Of a stretch of DNA of 64,000 bases, positions 39,101 to 52,735 are shown in pieces. Positions within the stretch are counted from its first letter, which is position 1, and each line of letters opens with the position of its first letter. Under the pieces are notes generated by a model. The model did no database searches, was not told the origin of the DNA, and saw only the letters and a list, made by a program, of their open reading frames with translations. Made by a program: the position numbers and the translations under genes. Source of the stretch: Octopus sinensis (Eukaryota); assembly GCF_006345805.1 (NCBI RefSeq), contig NC_042998.1, forward strand, positions 77,190,001-77,254,000, read 5' to 3'.

Positions 39101-41375
39101 TGTGTACGTGATTCCATATTTCATCCTATCAATTAATTGAAATTGGAAATTCTTAATTCGCAAAGACAAGTATAATGTATTTTATTCATACAGCGGCATC
39201 TCCGGAGATATTTTGTCATTTCAAGCATTTCTAAAAATATAAATCACTATAGAAAAATAGGGAAAGTAATATAGTTTATGCTGAGATAACTGATACCTTT
39301 TAAGGAAAAGTAAATAAATCGTGACGTTATACTCCTTGCTTTTTGCTTGGTTGAATATTTACTTCAATATCCTGAAATGTTACTGTAGTTGCTACGTGCA
39401 ACAGTTCCTATATCAACAAACATCGTACAGATTAGGATATAGGAATACAATTTTCATCTCGCAACGCTTTCAGTTTCTCTCTAACTGTATACAACGATCA
39501 GATTTCTGTCGTGAGATATGTCTGTTATTTATAGAATCTATTCTGTTTCCTTTTCTTACCGATAGGAAATGCGTCTGCTTACATTTTTACGATGCTTACT
39601 AGTTTCGAAGACAGGAGAGACACATCCGCACACGAGAATGCATTAAGTTTTGTTATATTAGATCTAATGAAATAGTATGTTCCTAAATAATTTTTCGTCA
39701 CATTCCTGAAATTTACTGCAAATTTTCTGGGAAAATACAAGTCATCCATACTATAATTCTGGTACCTATTGTATTTATCAAAATAATGATGAAACGCAAA
39801 GATAACTTTGTTTCATTTGAGTATGTAAAAGAGCAGATTTAAAAATCAATGCCAGTTTGTTATAAGTCAAATGCTTTCATGAATTTGTACCAATAATGTT
39901 TTCATGTCAATGTTTTACGAAAATAATTTAGTAATTTGCAAATAATTTCAGTCGAGTAATATATTAAGACATAGCACAGGCACGTGTACGAATTCAATCA
40001 GGCAACTTGCGACGTTATTTTGAACACGATTATATACTTCCTGCCATCATTCGCCTTTTATTCTATATCCTTCTCGTGAGACGGCAGTTTTAGATATGAT
40101 CATAGGAGATCAGTTACATGGAGATCTGATAATTGTGAACAGATATCTAAGGCTTATAAGGATCACAGTTGATAGAAAAGCATATTACTTTATGATTAAT
40201 AAATCATAATCCTGCTCATCAAGTGATGTTCCTTACAGCTTTTACTATGAAGGTAATCTTTGAATTCCATGGAAAGAGTTGCCTAGATCTCTAAAAATTA
40301 ATTGTCATATCTCTCTTAAATCACAGTTTTCCGTCTTAAAAAATAGATCAGTATAATTAGTACTGTTATGCTGAATGCACTCTAATTAAAAAAATCAATT
40401 AATTAATTCACTCTCGAATGGACCATATTTTATTACATTCCATACTTTATTACATGACATGTTAATAATAATGCATTCAGAGGCGTAATAATCTAGATAT
40501 GTATGTTAACATGCTTTGTTTTGTAATTAACTGAGAAATTTATTTGTTTGGTTATTAGACCAATACGAAAACCAGTTAACAACTAATAAAAAATTTGATA
40601 CAGCAATTATTCATTGTTTGAAACGTTACGAGAGTGTCTGGGACTTATAATACTGCTTCATAAGAAAACAGCTTACGTTAGGTACATTTTCGTTGGCATT
40701 TACTTTATTATTGAATTTTATTTATGCTTGTATCATTGAGACGCTCTATCAGGAAAACTTTGAAAAAGCCATATCAAGTGCATAAAATTTCACAAGAGCA
40801 TATGTAGCTTTGTCTTGATTATCCGGAAATATTTGCCTAGTTTGGCAAATTGAAACGTTTGGGAATGTCAATTCTTTCGTTCCATTTTGTGGGATTTCAA
40901 AGGTTTTATACTAAATTTTCAATGTCAGTAATTATTGTTAAATCATGTATATTACATCGGTTATTTCAATCATGTTCATTATAGTCCATAAATATCAATG
41001 TCTATAAATAACAATATTCCACTTTGTATCATAGCTCTAACTTATTCTTACATTTCGAATATAAGCAAAAGATTACAGCAACATCTTAGCCGGTAGAAGT
41101 CGCATTTTTCGATCCAAAGGGATAAAAAGCAAACTGTACTATACTAAGATATGAAAAGAGAAACAAAAGACCTGGAAATATTGAATAACACTAACTTTGA
41201 CACAGCTTGCCCAGTACTTCACCGTTCTGAAAATTCGTGATTACATTATATTGACAAAACTAAATCATGACATTTTAAAAATTATAGTGATAATGACTCG
41301 AACTTGATCACGATATATTCTTATTCTTAATCTTTTAATGTGATTTAAGGCGATTTAATCTTTTAATGTGATTTA

Positions 41376-41775
41376 AGGCGGCGATCGGGCAGAATCGTTA
41401 CTGTGTCGGGAAAAATGCTTAGCAGCAATTCGTGTGTTTTCACGTTCTGAGTGCAAATTCCACCAAGGTCGACTTTGCCTTTCCTCCTTCCGGGAACGAT
41501 ATATAAGCACCGATTAAGAACTGGGGTCGATGTAAACTTACCTCTTCCTCCAAACTGGCTGGTCTTGTACCAAAATTTGAAACCAATATTTTAATGGAAT
41601 TTAGGGAGGCGAGGTGGCAAAATGGTTAACACGCCGGGTAAAATGATTAAAAACGTCGACATACTTTTCTTTCTTTCGGGGTCCATAAAATAAGTACTAG
41701 GTAAACACGGGTGGATGTGACTGACTTACTTTTCCTCGTAATTGCTGGTCTTGTGCAAAAAATTTGAAACTCTTA
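41376..41775 (+). mobile_element. Two decayed SINE family A copies in tandem
   Basis: Heads GGCGGCGATCGGGCAGAATCG (41378) and GGAGGCGAGGTGGCAAAATGG (41605); both end AAAATTTGAAAC. Confidence 0.75.
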
Positions 41776-42279
41776 TCGTAATGTAATTTAAAATGAAACA
41801 TGTTATCTATTCATATGCGTAAAATTGAAGATTCACTAGCACTGATAAACACGACTCTTTCAAAATATACAAAATATCGCGATACAGGCGTGGATGAATT
41901 TTAGATTACGATAGAATGAGAGGATATATTAGAGGCTTACTTCCCAATCACATGGTTCCGAGATTATGAAACAGCCATTAACTAACGAAATAAACATCTG
42001 TTCTCTCATTTCACTTCTCTCATTTTACCATTTCTGCTTTACTTGTTTCACTCATTTGACTGGAGAACGAATCGATTTGCTTGGCTGAATTTTCAGACTG
42101 ATACTTTTACTGTCTCATTGGCATAACAACTACGTTATCAGGACATAAGCATACCAAAACCGTTAGTGAATGAGATGTAACACACAGACAGGCAGAAAGA
42201 CAGACAGAGGCACACACTGACTCACTCACCAACACACACGCACACGAACACAGGCATGCACACACAAACACACGCGTGC

Positions 42280-42324
<45 letters not shown>

Positions 42325-42463
42325 AACGACGAGCTACTGTATCTCCATCTAGCAAATTCATTTACAAGGCTTGCCGCCTATAAATTTGCCTTTCAATTAT
42401 TAAATTACTGTCACTCATATTATATATACATGTATGTATAATATATGTATGAATGTATGTACG

Positions 42464-42589
<126 letters not shown>

Positions 42590-42593
42590 TATT

Positions 42594-45500
42594 CATTTAC
42601 TCATTTACTTGTTTCAGTCATTTGACTGCGGCATTTGAGGGCATATCTGAGAGGGCCACTATAAAAAGCAGTGGTCCCAGGACAGTGCCCTGTGGAACAC
42701 CGCTCACTATTTGTGTGTTCATAGGGGTGGCTCCATTAACCACTACTGCCTGACTCCTATCTTTCATGCAACCACACTCCAAGTTTTCCAGCTATGCCGA
42801 GGTCACGCAGTTTGTGGCATATCATACCATGATCCACCTTGTCAAAAGCTTTTGAAAAATCAAGGTAGATTACGTCCACATTTGATTTGTTGAGTAACTG
42901 CCTCAACACCCAGTCATAATGCTGTAAGAGCTGGGTCAGGCAGCTCCTACCTGGTCGAAAACCATGCTGGGTATCACTCACCAAGTTATTTTCCTCAAGG
43001 AATGCGATTAGTTTCTTTCTGACTATCCTTTCCATGACTATGCTGATGTGTGAAGTCAGAGAGATAGGCCTATAGTTTTTGGCATCTGCTCTACTTCCCC
43101 CTTTATGTATTGGGCATATTATTCCCTCCTTCAGCTTGCTTGGCAGTTTGCCATTCACAAGAAAGCTCTGGAAGAGAATCTTGAGGGGTTTTGCCAAGGC
43201 ATGCTTACACGCTTTGAGGAGGATGGCTGGGAAACCATCTGGACCAGCAGCTGAGTTTGTGTCCACTTCATCTATGGCTAGTAGGACATCTTTTTCGCTA
43301 ATGTCAATACATTCTATTGTAACCGCCTCGCTGGTTATAGGTGAGGCGGCAAAGAAATCCACTGGTTCGTTCACTTGTCTGTGTTCCAACGGGGTGGTAA
43401 AGACACTTTTGAACTGGTCATTCAGCATCTCACTGATCTTAGTTGGACTGTCTGTGAGGGAGCCATCCTTTTGAAGGAGGTGTCCTATCTTGTAGTGCAC
43501 TGAGACTGTTTCTTTCGCGTAATGAAAGAAGGCTTTTGGATTTGATTTAATGTTTTTTTTATAACCCAGGCTTCTTTGTCTGCTTTCTCCTTCACATAGG
43601 ATTGTTGTAGCCTTTTTTCGATTTCCATCAGTGTTGTTTTTAGGCGGGACGTTTCGCTACTTTTGGGATGTTGGTTGAGACGATTTGCAACCTTCGTCCG
43701 TTGTCTCATGAGGATCTACCTGTCTCTTGGAATCTTGCTCCTATTTGTTTTGGCCTTGTGCTCTAGGACATATTTCTGGCATACGGCTTGCACAGAAGAC
43801 ATGAAACATTCTAGTTTCATGTCAATGTCTGGTATGGAGAGACATTCCGGCCAGTCCTCTCTGAGGATCTCTTTTTGGATCGATTTCCAATCTGCTTTGT
43901 GGAAGTTCAGATTGGAGAGATTTCGGGTGCTTCCTTTAGGCTGTATGTCTCTGATTACTTTTGGCCCAAACATAGACAGCACTATTATGTTGTGATCCGA
44001 AACTGATGTCGGTGTCACTTTCACATCATGAATGATGTCCATATTGTTCGTGAAGCAGAGATCCAGAATGTTATTCGCCCTAGTTGGCTTAAGTACAACT
44101 TGCTCCATGAATAAAGCATTGGTGAGGTTGAGCAGGGACTCCACCTGTACTTGCTTGCAATGAATCATTCCTGAGAGTATGTGACCTTCGGGCCATTTGA
44201 CGTTGGGGAAGTTGAAATCACCCATAAGAAATATGGTCACGTTGTGTTCCAGATTCATGAGGATTTCTTTAATTCTTGTGAGGCAATCTTCAAACGTTCC
44301 TGTGTGATTTGGGGCATCCGGTCGGCAATATGTAGTGCATATGACTATATTATGTTGTCTTGTGTATACAATTAAAGTGTCATATACCGAATTTGAGTAT
44401 GTCATTAAGACCTGGTGTGTGAGGTCATCTCGGATGTATACAGCAACTCCACCATGGCTCCTTTCCCTTCTGTCTGTTCGCAGTATGGCATAGTTTGGTA
44501 TGTGTACTTCTGTGTCCTCAATATCAGGGTTGAGGTGTGTTTCCACAAGTGCTATGCATAGGGCTTGATTGCATGCAGTAAGATCTCTCAGGAAAGAAAT
44601 TTTGTTTCTATTTTGATGCAACAGACCCCCAATATTTAGTAAAAGTATTGGGGTGACGGCTGTGTAGGCCATCCTGTGTCTGCTGACTGTGGTGGTCTTG
44701 CATAGTGGTGGGCAGGGTTCCTTCTCTGTGCTTGGTGTAGCCAGGTTAGCTGCCGGACAATTCTTTGCGCTATGCAAAAAAAAGACTCTTGCTCAGCTGC
44801 TGGGTTGCGCAGAACATCTGAGGAGCGCACTTCGTTTTTGAAAGTTTTCCTGGGAGAAATTTCTTGTGTTCCCTCGGTAAGGTTTTTCTCTTTGAGTCCC
44901 CTGAAGTTCTGGCGGGGTGTCGGGTGGGCGAACCGGCAGTTTTTGCCGTCCTCACCATGCCAACATTTGCCCCGCAGGTAGAACTTACTGGTTCTTCGGT
45001 GCCTTCCAGATTTCTTCTTTCCTGAAGTGTACTGGGTGGCATTGGATCCTCCATGGGGTTCCCTGCTGTTTGTGTGGTTGGTTGGGGTTTCAGCTTTGGT
45101 TGTTTTGCTTTTTCCTTCTTTTCCCTCCTTATTTTTGTTTTCGGTCCTTCCTTTTTCCTTCTGTTTTTCTAATTTTTCATTTCTTCGTAGGACCGCTGGT
45201 ACAGAGGGGCTTCCGGTTTCAGCTCCTCTGGTTCCCCTATCATTCACTATCTGGTCGTTCACCTGGGTAGGTGATCCATTTTCCTGAAGAACCCCTGGAT
45301 CACAGAGACTTCCGGCTTCCTTCTCTTTTTCGTTCTCTTCATCCTCAACATTATGTTGTCCAGTGTTTTGATGTGTGGTCTTATAAGCATGTAAGACCGG
45401 ATAAACTCACTTTTCTTCTGCTCTATCTGGTCAATGGTTCTATGAAATCCATTGTTTTTTTAGTGGGGCAGTGATGACGTTGTTCGGCGGATCGCTACTA

Positions 45501-46314
45501 GCAATCGTCCATGCTCTCAGCAGAAGATTTAACTCTTTCTTTTCCCACTTTGGTGCCATCTTCGTTTTGACGTTCAGAGGGGGAGTAGAAGCTAGAGAGG
45601 TAATGAGGAATAGAGAGAGGTAGAGACGGAGAAACAAAGAGGGGAAAATAGGGAAAGAGAGAGGGAGATAAGAAGGAAAGAGAGAGGTGCTATGAAAGAA
45701 ATCGAGAGGGTGATAGGAGGAAAGCAAGGGGGTGTGGTGTGTTAAAAAGATAGAGGAAGGTAGGGGAGAGGGAGAGGAGGGGAATAGAAGGAGAGACAGA
45801 GTGAAGGAGAAGAGAGGAAGAGAAAGAGAGGCAGAGTGAAGGAGAGGAGGGGAAGAGAAAGAGAAACAGAGGGAGGAGAGGATAGCAAGAGAAAGAGAGA
45901 CAGAATAAAGGAGAGACAGGATGAAGGATGTGAGAGAGAGGGAGAGACGGAGTGAGAAGAATGGGCGAATGAGAAGTATATGAGAGAGTGGGTAAGTACG
46001 CGAGAGGAGAGGTAGATGTGAGATGGAAAGGAAAGAGAAATGAGAGAAGAGGAGGATATGAAAGGGAGGAGGGGAGATGAGAAAAAGAATAAGATATGCA
46101 AGAGAGAGGGAAAGGGTAAGTGTAAAGAGAGATAAAGGAAGGGAGAAAGTACATGGAAGTGGGAGAATTATGTAAGGGATGAGAGAGGGGGTAGAAGAAA
46201 GTGAAGAAATGAAGGAATTATTTAATTCTAAACTAATTACAGGAAAATAAACATATGAAAGCGAAACAGAAATTGAAAGAAAGTTATTCTCAGAATGTAA
46301 ACAAGGATGGCGTC
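42594..46314 (-). mobile_element. CR1-group LINE 2: ORF1 and ORF2 broken by frameshifts, internally deleted after the RT QG motif, ends in a SINE-B-identical tail
   Basis: ORF1 ATG at 45559 with C-terminal part 44636-45262; endonuclease 44672-43716; RT 43500-42635 (KNYRPISLTS, YLDFSKAFDKVDH, SGVPQGTVLGP); tail GCCGCAGTCAAATGACTGAAAC-(GTAAATGA)2. The 5' end is inferred from a motif shared with LINE 3. Confidence 0.85.
45580..46210. repeat. Polypurine (GA-rich) low-complexity tract upstream of LINE 2 ORF1
   Basis: Direct reading; the FSSP-rich ORFs 45690-46154 are its translation artefacts. Confidence 0.9.
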
Positions 46315-46757
46315 GTAAATCGTAACTGAGATGTTAGCTTATATTAAAGGAAAATAAAAAGATTAATAAACAAACAATTGCAAGCGATACTTATCTTGAA
46401 ATGTACAGTCCAAACCCTCGTGTTTGTATGAAGAAGTTTTCTTTCACAACAGAAAAGAAAACAATTCTTTTTCCTTCTTACATTTGGCTGGCGATAAATT
46501 AAACACTTGCCACCACGTGCTTTTTCGGCGAAGATTCTAGCATGCGTAACTAACTTTACCGTATTATATTTGGCTTCAAGCGAAATATATTACGTTTTTA
46601 ATTAATATATTTTTAATTAATGTATTTTAGTAGACTTTATGAGTTAACAACTTCTACGTTTTGTTACCTTTAGTAGATTATTTCGTCGATTTATGCAAAC
46701 CTTTTTGTTTTTCACAGAGCAAAAGCAAACACGTCTTTCCTCTACGAAAACCGGAAG

Positions 46758-46842
<85 letters not shown>

Positions 46843-46893
46843 GTATACATATATATGTATATATATATGTACATATATATCTCTATCTATATC

Positions 46894-46946
<53 letters not shown>

Positions 46947-47023
46947 ATATATATATATATACATATATATACATATATATATAATATATATATTATATAT
47001 ATATATATTATATATATATATAT

Positions 47024-47062
<39 letters not shown>

Positions 47063-47838
47063 ATGCTTTCGGAGCAAATGGTTTTGTTATACTGTGACGG
47101 GTTTTACAATGCTGTAAATAATAATAACGGTATTTGTATAAGCCTAAAAATTCTAACGATCACTGTGGAATGACTAAGACAAATAGTCTAATAAATGAGG
47201 TATATATATATACATGCATACATACATATACATATACGTACACACTCACACACACAGACACACATATATATAATAAGGAGAATGAATGATTTGAGCATTC
47301 AAAGTTTATATTGATTCCCGGCTAGGTTATTCATAATAGTTTTCCGGCACGTGTTTCAATCGCTTTAAGTAGATATTGTGGCATATTTATAAGCAACAAT
47401 TTATGCATTATAAGTACGATCTCTTCAGAGTTTATAAGTATGACATTAAGGAATTTTTCGTCGCTACTAGTTTGAATTAGATCATGGCATTTTTCGATGA
47501 GCTGCTTTTTTCAACTGATTGGTTGAGTAAAATTCATCAGCAATAGCCGCAGTGTCTGTTGAAGTTCGCAGATGTTCTTTGGTCGATGTAGAGTGGTTAT
47601 TTACAGAATATTTTTTTTTATTGTTTCTTCACACTTTATAGCCACAAAGCCTTTTTGTAGATTTCAGGTTTGATTATATTATTTGGACTTTCGTGAAGTT
47701 TATTAATAGTAGTAGTGGATAATTATTTGGCAGTAAGAACCACCTGGTTATTAAAAGAAATAGTCAGTTGTATTTTAAATACCTCTCACTTATTATCATT
47801 ATTGCTTTAAAGCATTTTTCTAATATAATAATGAGGGA

Positions 47839-47884
<46 letters not shown>

Positions 47885-48482
47885 CGAGAATCACGCCAGA
47901 TGCGGAGGAAGAGAAAAATTAGTAACTCAGGGAAAGAGAAGTAGTGAGAGTAATAGCCCGGACTGAGAAGAAGTGAGAGAAAATAAGAGCAATGAAAGAA
48001 AGGAAGGGTGATAGATGAATAAGGAAGGAAGAGGTGAAAAATTATTAGCGTTTCAACTCTGTGTGAGTGTATGTGTGTATGTGTGTGTGTGTAGAAGGGA
48101 AGTATGTGAATGTTTTTATGTGTGATTATTATGTACTTATTTTGTACCTTATTTATATATAAAATACTACAATTAGCCACCATTATTGACGGCTAGTATT
48201 ATATAAAATCTTATTAATTTAATTCTGTTCTTATATTCTTTATTATTTTTCTTTATTGTTATAGTTATTCTATTTTTGTTTACAGAAAAATGTTTATTGC
48301 AATTATTTAAAATAATGTACAATAATAACTATTATAACAAATGCTGTGCCGAAAATCATGATACTCCCTTTGAGAATGGTCTAGTCGGGCTCGTATGAGT
48401 AGAAGTGTGTTTGACTTAGAGCAAGAGATGAGAAATCACAGCAATTCGAAAGGTTGCGTTCGTGAATTTGTGGAGCCGTAGG

Positions 48483-48700
48483 ATATTCTTTTGTACTCTA
48501 GGCACAAGGCCCGAAATTTTTGGAGAGGGGTCCAGTCGATTAGATCGACCCCAGCACGCAACTTGTACTAAAATTATCGACCCCGAAACGACGAATAGCT
48601 AAGTCGATCTCGGCGGAATTTGAAGCCAGAACATAAAGACAAACGAGAAACCACTAAGCATTTTATCCGGCGTGCTAACGTTTCTGCCATCTCGTCCCCT
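48483..48700 (-). mobile_element. SINE family A copy
   Basis: Reverse complement: GGCAGAAACGTTAGCACGCCGG head and TTTCGGGCCTTGTGCCTAGAGTACAAAAGAATATC tail, as at 1750-1785. Confidence 0.85.
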
Positions 48701-49394
48701 TTCTACCCGGGCAATATAATTAAACCGAGGCTGCTGAAGGCAATATTCTTGAACGAGCCATTTGGGAATACATCATGTGGAAACAGTTGGTGTGTACCCC
48801 GTTCTGTGATACTATATATCCATACTGTATTAGTGCACAACACTAAGGTTACACATACAGAAACTATGTTCTGAAAATAAACAAGTATACAAAGAATAAA
48901 ACAAAAACAGAATTCAGCACATAACATTATGTATAATATAACCTAAACACATTTTAAAGCTATAAAAATAATGAGAATATTTTAAAATGCAACTGGCTAT
49001 TTCTTTTAATAACAAGTCCATTTGTTCGACTAAAAGCAGTGCTTCAGCATTGAAAAGTCGAATGACTGAAACAAATAAAACCAATTGTCTATAGTTCCAA
49101 TTGCCATGGCGTAAAATTTATGTTTACAGTTTGTTCTTTTTTATTTATCCCTTATTATCAAAAGTTAAATGCTGAACTGGCTTTTCTTAGAATAATATAT
49201 TTCTTCTTAACGCTCTTTTTAATGCGTTCGTCTACTTGAGATATTGTATTAATTCATATTGAACTTAACAAATTTCGGATTGCTTTCATAACATTGTGTT
49301 AACATATATATTTTCGGTTATATTAATTTGACTGTTATTTTCTGTAGCGAAATATGCTAACACAACAGAAACGATCGTCGGTATTGTATGAGGT

Positions 49395-49628
49395 AATGGC
49401 GGCGAGCTGGCAGAAACGTTAGCACGCCGGGCGAGATGCTTACCGGTATTTCGTCTGCCGCTACGTTCTGAGTTCAAATTCCGCCGAGGTCGACTTTGCC
49501 CTTCATTCTTTCGGGGTCGATAAATTAAGTACCAGTTACGCACTGGGGTCGATATAATCGACGTAATCCGTTTGTCTGTCCTTGTTTGTCACCTCTGTGT
49601 TTATCCCTTGTGGGTAGTAAAGAAACAG
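49395..49628 (+). mobile_element. SINE family A copy with an alternative, Tx1-like 3' tail
   Basis: Clean head and B-box GAGTTCAAATTCC; tail CTGTGTTTATCCCTTGTGGGTAGTAAAGAAACA. Confidence 0.9.
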
Positions 49629-49843
49629 GTTTTGTACGAGGTAAACAGCAATTAAAAAACATAATTTTCTCCATTCTCATATTTGTTGTCGTATACTCCG
49701 AATTTCTTGAAATTGTCCTAAACGATATCAGTGATTATTCTACTTGCATTTGTGGTATCTGATTAACAAAATTCATTTAACAATGAGTGCGTTATTGATA
49801 TCTGCCTGCATTTTTAAATCCACTTTACTCCTTAATATATGTA

Positions 49844-49886
<43 letters not shown>

Positions 49887-49952
49887 ATGTATGTATGTAT
49901 GTATGTATGTATGTATGTATGTGTGTATGTATGTATATGCATGTTATGTATG

Positions 49953-51189
49953 CACAGAGATTGGACAAAATAATGGAAAGATCTAGCATCATAGCATCAT
50001 AATTTTGAAATATCAATAAAACCGTCAAAAACTTGTTTATTTTCATTTTTTGTATTTATCGTTTAGTGTTGCTTAATAAGTTTTGCTAAAATTGCTGTTT
50101 CTTTTCAGACATCATCAGGAAAAGGTAATTAAAATTCATTAAAAATACTGATGTATCGGACTTTCAAAGAGGTCAAATTGTTGGTGCTCATATGGAAGGC
50201 GCTAGCGTAACGAAAACAGCTGAAATGATTGGTGTATCAAGAAGTACTGTCTCGAAAGTAATGACAGCATATGAGAAAGAGGGAAAAACCTCCTCGTCGA
50301 AACAAAATCCGGAAGAAAACCAAAACGTTCAGATAGGAACTTTCGGTCTCTTACGCGAATTGTTAAAAAGGATTATAAAAGTACAGCTCCTAAAATTACT
50401 GCAGAGTTCCACAAAAACTGTTCCCCGGGAGCTGCACAAGCCGGATTTCACGGTAAACCACTACTTTTAATCAGAAACCACTATTTTCAAAACAAACGTT
50501 GCAAAGCGTTTAGAGTAGAGTCAAAACCTACAGAATTGGTCCCTAGATCAGTGGAAGAATGTTACTTTCTCGGAGGAATTTTCCTTTACCTTTTTTCCGA
50601 CCACCGGCCGAGTATACGTGTGGAGACAGACAAAAGAAGCATTTGGCCCAGACTGCCTTCTTCCAACTGTTAAACATAGAAGGGGATCTGTGATGATCTG
50701 GGTGTAGCTATATCTTGGAAATCCCTTCATAGCAGAATTAATAGTCAAGGTTATTTAAGCATTTTATCTGATCAGATTCATTGTATGGTTGCAGACCTGT
50801 TTCCTGAGGGAAACGCAATCTTTCAGGCTGATAATGCACGAATTAACGCAGCTAAAAGGTGTTACTGAATGGAACGAGGAACATTCTAGTGAAGTTGAAC
50901 ATCTTATCTGGCCACCACAGTCCTCAGATCTCAATATAATCGAACATATATGGTGCATGTTAGAAAAACAATTAAGGAGTCGATATCCTCCACCATCATC
51001 ACTACAAGAACTAGAGACTGTTTTAGCTGAAGAATGGGCAAAAGTCCTTTCGAAACAATTCAAACTTTGCAGGAGTCCATAGCTCGTAGAATTCAAGCTG
51101 TAATTGCAGACAAAGACGGTCCTACCCCATATCAAAATAAATTTGTTAGAAATTTTAAGGTGTTTCCATTTTTTCGTCGAACCCCTGTA
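49953..51189 (+). mobile_element. Tc1-family DNA transposon, both TIRs present, transposase decayed
   Basis: TIRs CACAGAGATTGGACAAAATAATGGAAAGA and TGTTTCCATTTTTTCGTCGAACCCCTGTA; HTH SDFQRGQIVGAHMEGASVTKTAEMIGVSRSTV; FQADNARI; WPPQSSDLNIIEHIW. Confidence 0.88.
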
Positions 51190-51239
51190 TGTATCTGTCT
51201 ATATATGTATGTATATATATATGTATATATGTATGTGTG

Positions 51240-51272
<33 letters not shown>

Positions 51273-51298
51273 CTATATCATATCTATATCTCTCTTTC

Positions 51299-51395
<97 letters not shown>

Positions 51396-51469
51396 GTGTG
51401 TGTGTGTGTTTATGTGTGTTTAAACACACATACACACACGCACACACACACATATAATTTACGTCAATC

Positions 51470-51595
51470 AAATTCCCGTACAGAGTATTGGTTGGTCTGA
51501 TGCTGTAGCAGAATCCCATGCTGCCGTGCAGTGGGACTGAAAGGGAAACCATGTGGTTGTAAATTGATCTTTTCAACCACACACAGCTATGCCTT
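51470..51595 (-). mobile_element. Decayed head of SINE family B
   Basis: Reverse complement contains AACCACATGGTTTCCCTTTCAGTCCCACTGCACGGCA, matching 22805-22840. Confidence 0.65.
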
Positions 51596-52555
51596 CTATG
51601 TGTAATATTATGCCATGAATCATGTAGTCCATCTGAATATACACAGATTAAGTTACATACATTAAAATAAACATCTTTTCAAGAATTAAAAGGAATTAAA
51701 AATAATTTAACGTTCTTTAAATGCAACAGTGACAAAGAAAATCCAAAATAAGTAAACAAACAACATAGAATTCTATTCAGCTTGCTCAACGAAAATCATA
51801 AATGCAACTTTAACGGTTCTATCAGCTACCACTCGCGAGCGCATGATATGATGTGCACCCATTTTTCCCTAATCTTTCAGAAGCTTATGTTGTACTGAGC
51901 AGGTTTAGACACACCCTCTGTATCCTCACGATTGACGTAATATGAGTGGTGGGGTAAATTCAGCAGCAGCTGGTATTCATTACAGTTGAGTACACTGGAG
52001 CAAACGCATAAGAGTCACAACGCCGGAAGACAGTGACAATTAAGCTTCCTGTTTAACTGTTTACGTTTAACATGGAATTATCAGAAAGTGATGTTGAGCT
52101 CAATAAATCTCATCGTCGATATGGCCATAACGTTATGCGCATGATGCAGAAAATCTTGGAACAACTTTATTAAGACTAAGATAGCATAATGTTGAAAATC
52201 TCTGAACATTTATAAACTCGTGCCAAGAAAGCTGAGTTTACATCACTTGACAGCTTTAGCGCAAAATTTCCTAGCTCAACACTTTCTCATTTATTCACAA
52301 TTATCACGCCAAAAACACAAATGACAGCTTCCATAACAATTAAACGATACCGAGACAGGATATATACCGAAATATAAGTTAGAATGGTTCAATGACTTCA
52401 ACACAAAAAGGTATCAAATTAGAACATAGTTTGGTCCACAGATTGAAACCTCTTTAGGTTTGATATATATGTGTATGTACATACACAAACAGGCATACAC
52501 ACACACATATATATGTATGAATATATATATATATATAAATTATAATTAAGGGTCA

Positions 52556-52617
<62 letters not shown>

Positions 52618-52703
52618 ATATATACATATATATAAATCTCTGTTATCAGTTATTTGTTATTCATGCATACCTATGTGTGTATATGTGTGTGTGTGCGTAC
52701 GTG

Positions 52704-52735
<32 letters not shown>

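Noticed and set aside
50095-50130. Host micro-exon (TTTTCAG|ACATCATCAGGAAAAG|GTAATT)
   Set aside because: It lies inside the Tc1 element 5' region; splice-like signals alone do not support a host gene.
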